A DNA stretch of 60,447 bases from Acidimicrobiia bacterium (GTDB lineage Bacteria > Actinomycetota > Acidimicrobiia > Spongiisociales > UBA5794), in the NCBI GenBank assembly GCA_030066875.1, contig JASJAS010000042.1, positions 1-60,447 on the forward strand. Direction: 5' to 3'. The notes beneath the pieces were generated by a model that searched no databases, was not told the origin of the DNA, and was given only the letters and a program-made list of their open reading frames with translations. The position numbers were made by a program, and so were the translations under genes. Below, one piece after another: positions 55,650 to 60,447 of the stretch. How positions within the stretch are numbered: position 1 is the first letter of the stretch; the number at the start of each line of letters is the position of its first letter.

Positions 55650-56060
55650 ATGTCGGTCGATGATGTCGTGCGGGCGGTCGCCGAGTCGGCGCTCAGCGTC
55701 GATGAGCGGCTCGGGTTTCTGGAGTTGTGCGAAGCGCGTAGCGCGGAAGCTCTGCTGGCCGACCGGGATCGTGTCGAGGCACATCGTCGTGCGATAGAGG
55801 CTGCGGTCGAGAACGGGACCGCTCTCGAGGGCGAGTTGGCGGATCGCATCGCGGATGTTCTCGTCACGCTGCTCGGCAGCGCAGCCGCCTGGTCCTATGT
55901 GGAGCGTCGTGTCCTCGCCGGCGCTGTGGAGTACTTCGTGCGGTCCGACGACGACTCCGGCGACTTTGTCTCAGACCACGGACTCGAGGATGACGCACGC
56001 GTAGTCGCAGCAGTGTGTGAGGCACTTGATCGGAGCGACCTGGCTCAGCTGATCAGATGA
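55650..56060 (+). CDS. Hypothetical protein with a C-terminus reminiscent of DUF1232/YkvA
   Basis: AVEYFV..DD...D....GLEDDA motif; ATG 6 nt after TACCAT. Confidence 0.55.
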   Translation: MSVDDVVRAVAESALSVDERLGFLELCEARSAEALLADRDRVEAHRRAIEAAVENGTALEGELADRIADVLVTLLGSAAAWSYVERRVLAGAVEYFVRSDDDSGDFVSDHGLEDDARVVAAVCEALDRSDLAQLIR

Positions 56061-56538
56061 CCCTGTCGTCGGTACCCGCAACCTGACGGAGAATCTCGGT
56101 CTGTCCGGTGTGATAGGTGTCGTGGAAGTAGCTGAAGTGGAGGTTGCTCGCCAGGCTGACCATGCGTCCGTCAACCTCGGTCTCCGCAGAGAACTCCTCG
56201 TCGGTCAGTTCACCGAGGGCATGATCTATTGCCTCTTGGCTCGTCTCGAGTGCGCCTACGAGCCGCGCAAGCGGCAATACACCGGGCCCGTCCTCGTGGA
56301 TCGGATCCGACTCGCGCATGTAGCTGTCGAGCTCTCCGGCACCGAACTGCCGCTCTCCGCGCACCTGATCGAGCAATCGGTCCCTGTAGAGCAGGATGTG
56401 GCCCAGGGTCCAATTGAGGCAGTTGATGTTGTAGGGCGTCTGCAGCAGGGAATCTTCGTGCCTTAGTCCGGCGGTCTGCATCTTCAAGATCGCCGTGTTG
56501 CGGGCGAAGGCCCGGGCCAGCCGCTTGGCGCCGATCAT
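56053..56538 (-). CDS. DinB superfamily protein
   Basis: NW.LGHI and HD.YH.GQ metal-binding His pattern. Confidence 0.85.
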   Translation of the reverse strand: MIGAKRLARAFARNTAILKMQTAGLRHEDSLLQTPYNINCLNWTLGHILLYRDRLLDQVRGERQFGAGELDSYMRESDPIHEDGPGVLPLARLVGALETSQEAIDHALGELTDEEFSAETEVDGRMVSLASNLHFSYFHDTYHTGQTEILRQVAGTDDRVI

Positions 56539-56557
56539 GGTTCCTCCCGGTTCGGCA

Positions 56558-58009
56558 TCAGCGGCGCCATAGCTCGCGAGTGAACAGCAGAATCACCGGG
56601 AAGATCTCCAGCCTGCCCACGATCATCAGGAAGGACAGCAGCCACTTGCCTGCATCGGGCACGAGCGCGTAGTTCGACGTTGGTCCCACCGCGGCCAGGC
56701 CCGGGCCCACGTTGCCAACGGACGAGGCCACAGCCGAGGCCGACGTGACCAGATCGAACCCGGCTCCGGCAACGTCGTTGATGATGCCGAATGCCAGGGT
56801 GCCGGTCATGAAGATGAACATGTAGAGCAGGAAGAACGACTGCACAGACTCGACGATATGGTCGGGAACGACGTCGCGCCCGAGCCGCACCGGGAAAACG
56901 CCCTTGGGGTGGATCACGCGCCGCAGGTCGGCCTTGGACGCTTGATACAAGACACCGAGCCGGTACGGCTTCATCGAACCACCTGTCGAGCCTGCCATGC
57001 CGCCGACGAACATGAGGCCGAGCACCATGATCTGCAGCGCCGCCGGCCACACCCCGAAATCGGCCGTCCCGTAGCCGGTGGTTGTCACTAGGGAAGTGAT
57101 GGTGAACAGGGAGTCACGGAGGATGTCGATCATTGCCCCAGACCAGGTGCCGATCGCGGCAACGATCGTTGCCACGATGATGATCCCGCCATAAAGCCTG
57201 AACTCTGCATTCCGCAGGTAGTCCTTGGGCCGGGCGATCGACCGGAAGTGGAGTGCAAACGACGCTCCGGCGATGAACATAAAGACAATGACAACCCACT
57301 GGGAGTACGGACTGAACGCCGCCATCGACTGCCCATCGGTACTGAAGCCACCGGTGGACATAGTGGTGAAGGAGTGGGCAATCGCTTCGAACAAAGTCAT
57401 GTCGCCGAGCCAGAGGAGCATCGCCTCGATTGCGGTGAATGCGGCATACACCAACCAGAGCCGCTTTGCGGTCTCCCGGAAACGCGGAGTCAATCGGTCC
57501 GGGGTGGGGCCCGGCGACTCGGCCCGAGCCAGCTCGACACCGCCAACCCCGAGGAGCGGAAGGATGGCGATCGACAGAACGATGATTCCCATGCCCCCGA
57601 TCCACTGCGTGAAGGCGCGCCACAAGAGGATGCCTTTTGCCAGCTCCCCGGGATCCGGAACGATTGACGCTCCCGTCGTCGAGAATCCAGCGGCGGTCTC
57701 GAAGAATGCGTCGCTGAAGTCGGTGATGGCGCCAGAGAACAGGTAGGGCAATGTGCCGAAGAATGTCATGGCGATCCATGACAAGCCGACGATGGCGAAC
57801 CCTTCGCGTGCTGTCAGTTGTGCTGTGTCCGAGCGGCCGAACTGCCATGCCCAGCCGCCGAAGCCGACCGTGGTAGCCGCGGCCAGCGCCAACTGCCACG
57901 CGTCACCGAACTCCTGATAGATGAGGGCGACAACCACCGGCAGCAGCATGGCAACACCGATGGCGGCGACGACTGCCCCGATCACCCTCAGCAGGCGTCG
58001 AATGGACAT
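56558..58009 (-). CDS. trkH: Trk potassium uptake membrane protein
   Basis: FFE..GFSTTG, QWIGGMG, STGGFS, TTTGY, GSTGG..K, NVGPG and GRLE. Confidence 0.95.
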   Translation of the reverse strand: MSIRRLLRVIGAVVAAIGVAMLLPVVVALIYQEFGDAWQLALAAATTVGFGGWAWQFGRSDTAQLTAREGFAIVGLSWIAMTFFGTLPYLFSGAITDFSDAFFETAAGFSTTGASIVPDPGELAKGILLWRAFTQWIGGMGIIVLSIAILPLLGVGGVELARAESPGPTPDRLTPRFRETAKRLWLVYAAFTAIEAMLLWLGDMTLFEAIAHSFTTMSTGGFSTDGQSMAAFSPYSQWVVIVFMFIAGASFALHFRSIARPKDYLRNAEFRLYGGIIIVATIVAAIGTWSGAMIDILRDSLFTITSLVTTTGYGTADFGVWPAALQIMVLGLMFVGGMAGSTGGSMKPYRLGVLYQASKADLRRVIHPKGVFPVRLGRDVVPDHIVESVQSFFLLYMFIFMTGTLAFGIINDVAGAGFDLVTSASAVASSVGNVGPGLAAVGPTSNYALVPDAGKWLLSFLMIVGRLEIFPVILLFTRELWRR

Positions 58010-59337
58010 CAGCCGGAGAGTTCGCCGACCAGCTGGATCGACTGGGGGAGGGCGATGACGATGAGGCGGTCGCCTGCTTCGACCTTGCTCTGACCGCGGG
58101 GTACGAATGCCTTCTTACCCCGAACGATGCCACCGACGATCACGTCGTGAGGGAGGTGGATCTCGCGCAGGGTCTTCCCAACGATGTCGCTTGATTCGGC
58201 GACCTCGACCTCCAGCGCCTCGGCTTCGCTGTCTTGGAATGTGACCACCGAGTGGATGCGTCCGCGCCGCACAAACCGCAGGATCTCGTTGGCGGCCGAC
58301 AAGCGTGACGAAACGGCACCGTCGATCCCAACTCCGGCGAGAAGCGTGACGAGGTCGAGCCGATGAAAGCGGGAAACGACGGTCGGAATCCCGACCGCCT
58401 TGGCAACCAGTGAGCCGAGGATGTTGATCTCATCCCAACCGGTCAACGCCAGGGCGGCGTCCGCCGTCTCCAGTCCTTCGCTGTGGAACAGCTTGGGGTC
58501 GGTGGGATCGCCGCATACCGCGACGACTCGGGGATTCTCTGTTGCGATGCGGCGAACCCGGTCTGGGTCGGGATCGACGAGGACGGTCTGAATGTTCTGT
58601 CGACAGAGCCGCTTGGCAGTCAGTTCGGCTACCCGGGTTGTGCCGAAGATGACGACCTTGCGGGCAGGCTCCAGGTGCAGGCCGAGCATATCCAGTGCCG
58701 CATTGGCCTTGTCGGTCTCCACCATGATCAGGACGTGGTCGCCGGGGAGAATCCTGGTGCCACCCCTGGCGATGATCGTCTCGCCGTGGCGGATGATTGC
58801 CGCTACCAGCCACGACCAGCCGTCGACCATGCCGCGCAGCTCTGTCAGCGCGAGGCCTGCAGCGGGCGCATCCGGCCCGATGTATCCCCCGATCAGCTCG
58901 AGGTTCCCGTCGGCAAACTCGCGCACCTCGGATACGCCGCGCTGACGCACCAGGAGTTCGAGTTCCCGAGCCGTGGCGTCTCCCGGGTCGATGAGAAGGT
59001 CGACCCCGAGCGCTGCAGCACCGGCTCGGAGCTGGGGATCTTCGACCCGTGCGATGCGGCGGGCGGTACCGATCTTGGCGGCAGCATGGGCAGAGAGAAC
59101 GTTGACCGCGTCGGACGAAGTCACAGCGATGAACAGATCAGCGATATCGGCCCCGGCCTGCTCGAGCACATCCTGACTGGATCCGTTTCCGTTGATCACA
59201 AGGCAGTCGATCTGCTCCTGGACGTCGACTGCGGTGCGTGGGTCGGATTCGACGACAACGACATCTTGACCCTCGACGGAGAGCCGTTCGGCGAGGTGCG
59301 AGCCCACAGCTCCCGCTCCGATAACAACTATTCGCAT
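58009..59337 (-). CDS. trkA: Trk potassium uptake NAD-binding regulatory subunit
   Basis: IGAGAVG, AVT.SD.VN, and two RCK-N/RCK-C repeats. Confidence 0.93.
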   Translation of the reverse strand: MRIVVIGAGAVGSHLAERLSVEGQDVVVVESDPRTAVDVQEQIDCLVINGNGSSQDVLEQAGADIADLFIAVTSSDAVNVLSAHAAAKIGTARRIARVEDPQLRAGAAALGVDLLIDPGDATARELELLVRQRGVSEVREFADGNLELIGGYIGPDAPAAGLALTELRGMVDGWSWLVAAIIRHGETIIARGGTRILPGDHVLIMVETDKANAALDMLGLHLEPARKVVIFGTTRVAELTAKRLCRQNIQTVLVDPDPDRVRRIATENPRVVAVCGDPTDPKLFHSEGLETADAALALTGWDEINILGSLVAKAVGIPTVVSRFHRLDLVTLLAGVGIDGAVSSRLSAANEILRFVRRGRIHSVVTFQDSEAEALEVEVAESSDIVGKTLREIHLPHDVIVGGIVRGKKAFVPRGQSKVEAGDRLIVIALPQSIQLVGELSG

Positions 59338-59411
59338 ACAGACCAGCCGGTAGGTAGATGGCACAGGCTAATCGGCAGTTGGGGGAGCGCTGTAGATAGC
59401 CGCGGCGCCGT

Positions 59412-60447
59412 TCAGCCTCCCAGGGCTTGGACGGCGCCATGGATGGCCAAGCCGACGAGGCCACCCACCAAGGTTCCATTGATGCGGATGAACTGGAGGT
59501 CCCTACCGACCTGTAGCTCGAGACGCCGGCTGGTTTCGTCGGCATCCCAGCGTTCGACAGTTGTCGCGATGATCGACGCCACCTCGGCGCCGGTCCGTTC
59601 GGCGAGGTGCGCGGCGAGACTGGCTACCCAGCTATCGACATTGCTTCGTAGTTCAGGGTCGGAGAGGAGCCGCTCGCCGGTTGTCAAAGCGAGCTGCTCC
59701 AGACGGCGGCGCAAGTTGGAGTCCGGGTCCTCGGAAGCGGCGACGAGACTGTCCTTGACCCCTTCCCAGATGCCGTCCGTCCACTCCGTGAAGTCGGGGT
59801 CGGTCAGGATTTGCTGCTTGAGATCCTCGCCGCGTTCCCGCATGTCGGGCGAGGTCCTCAGCCGCTCGGTCAGGCTCCTCGTCCGTTCGTCCAACAGCCG
59901 GCGGATCTCATGGTCCGGCTTCTCCGTGATTCCCCAATGAACCGGAGCATGCTCACGTACAGCTTCTCGAAGACGACATCGTCGACAGGCTCGGGGACCC
60001 ACCACGGCGACTCCTCGTGGATCCTCCGTCGCAACAGCTCCCGGTTCTCTGCGATTGCACCGGTCAGACCGCGGAGGCCTGCGGTCACCAGCGCCTCATG
60101 CTGGCCTCCGTCCATAGCTCGGTCGAGAATGGAGCCCAGCAGAGGTGCCGCGTCGATCGACTCGATGCGGGTCGCAACCAAGTCGCGAATACTGTCCTGG
60201 ATGTCGTCCTCGCGCATCGTCTCCGCCAGGGCCGCGATTACGGCCGCTCCCTGTCGCGCTGCCGCTGCGGCATTCACTGGGTTGGCTAGCCACTCGCCGA
60301 GGCGGCCTGCCGGATCCGCTTCGCGGATCCGTTCGACAAGGGAATCGGGATCCATGAAGTTGTTGTGAACGAACTCGCCGAGGCCGCGGCCGATGGCATC
60401 CTTGCTGCGGGGAATGAGCGCTGTGTGGGGTATTGGAATGCCCAGCG
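59412..60447 (-). pseudogene. DUF445 family protein: 5' end outside the window and split by an apparent 1-nt frameshift near 59930
   Basis: N-terminal GIPIPHTALIP.SK..IG..LG.FV..NF is in one frame and C-terminal LQVGRDLQFIRINGTLVGG is in another; could equally be a sequencing error. Confidence 0.6.

Noticed and set aside
1-60447. CRISPR array, tRNA/rRNA, integrase/transposase, phage or defence genes
   Set aside because: I saw no regularly spaced repeats, structural RNA signatures or such protein motifs.

Overview
High-GC, gene-dense bacterial chromosome window, probably Actinomycetota and possibly Acidimicrobiia (inferred from F420-dependent oxidoreductases, DUF445 and leaderless TAnnnT promoters). 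I found no rRNA, tRNA, CRISPR array or mobile element. The main content is anaerobic energy and nucleobase metabolism. (1) A complete protease-hdrC-hdrB-hdrA-mvhD-mvhG-mvhA operon (group 3c [NiFe]-hydrogenase/heterodisulfide reductase) has a Rex-like operator, and its large HdrA carries a GltD-like NAD(P)H module. (2) Immediately downstream is an operon for a three-subunit xanthine-dehydrogenase-family Mo enzyme, a GNAT-like protein, a thiolase-fold protein lacking the catalytic Cys, a DUF35 Zn-ribbon/OB-fold protein and a uracil/xanthine permease. (3) About 26 kb away is barbiturase-DUF2877-fdrA-DUF1116, homologues of the AllFGH oxamate carbamoyltransferase. Together (2) and (3) suggest an undescribed variant of oxidative pyrimidine catabolism; this is a hypothesis. 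(4) A Thermococcales-type HypA plus ATPase-type HypB pair. The rest comprises galE/galT/galK, pmi, an ROK kinase, gpsA, paaK, an SLC12-like cotransporter, trkA/trkH, CapA and DUF3160 lipoproteins, GT-C glycosyltransferases and a frameshifted DUF445 gene at the right edge. Non-coding signals include three REP-like palindromes bracketing the anaerobic operons, a promoter motif shared by two distant genes and a triple TetR operator. All family calls come from motif recognition and recalled sequences, not from database searches.
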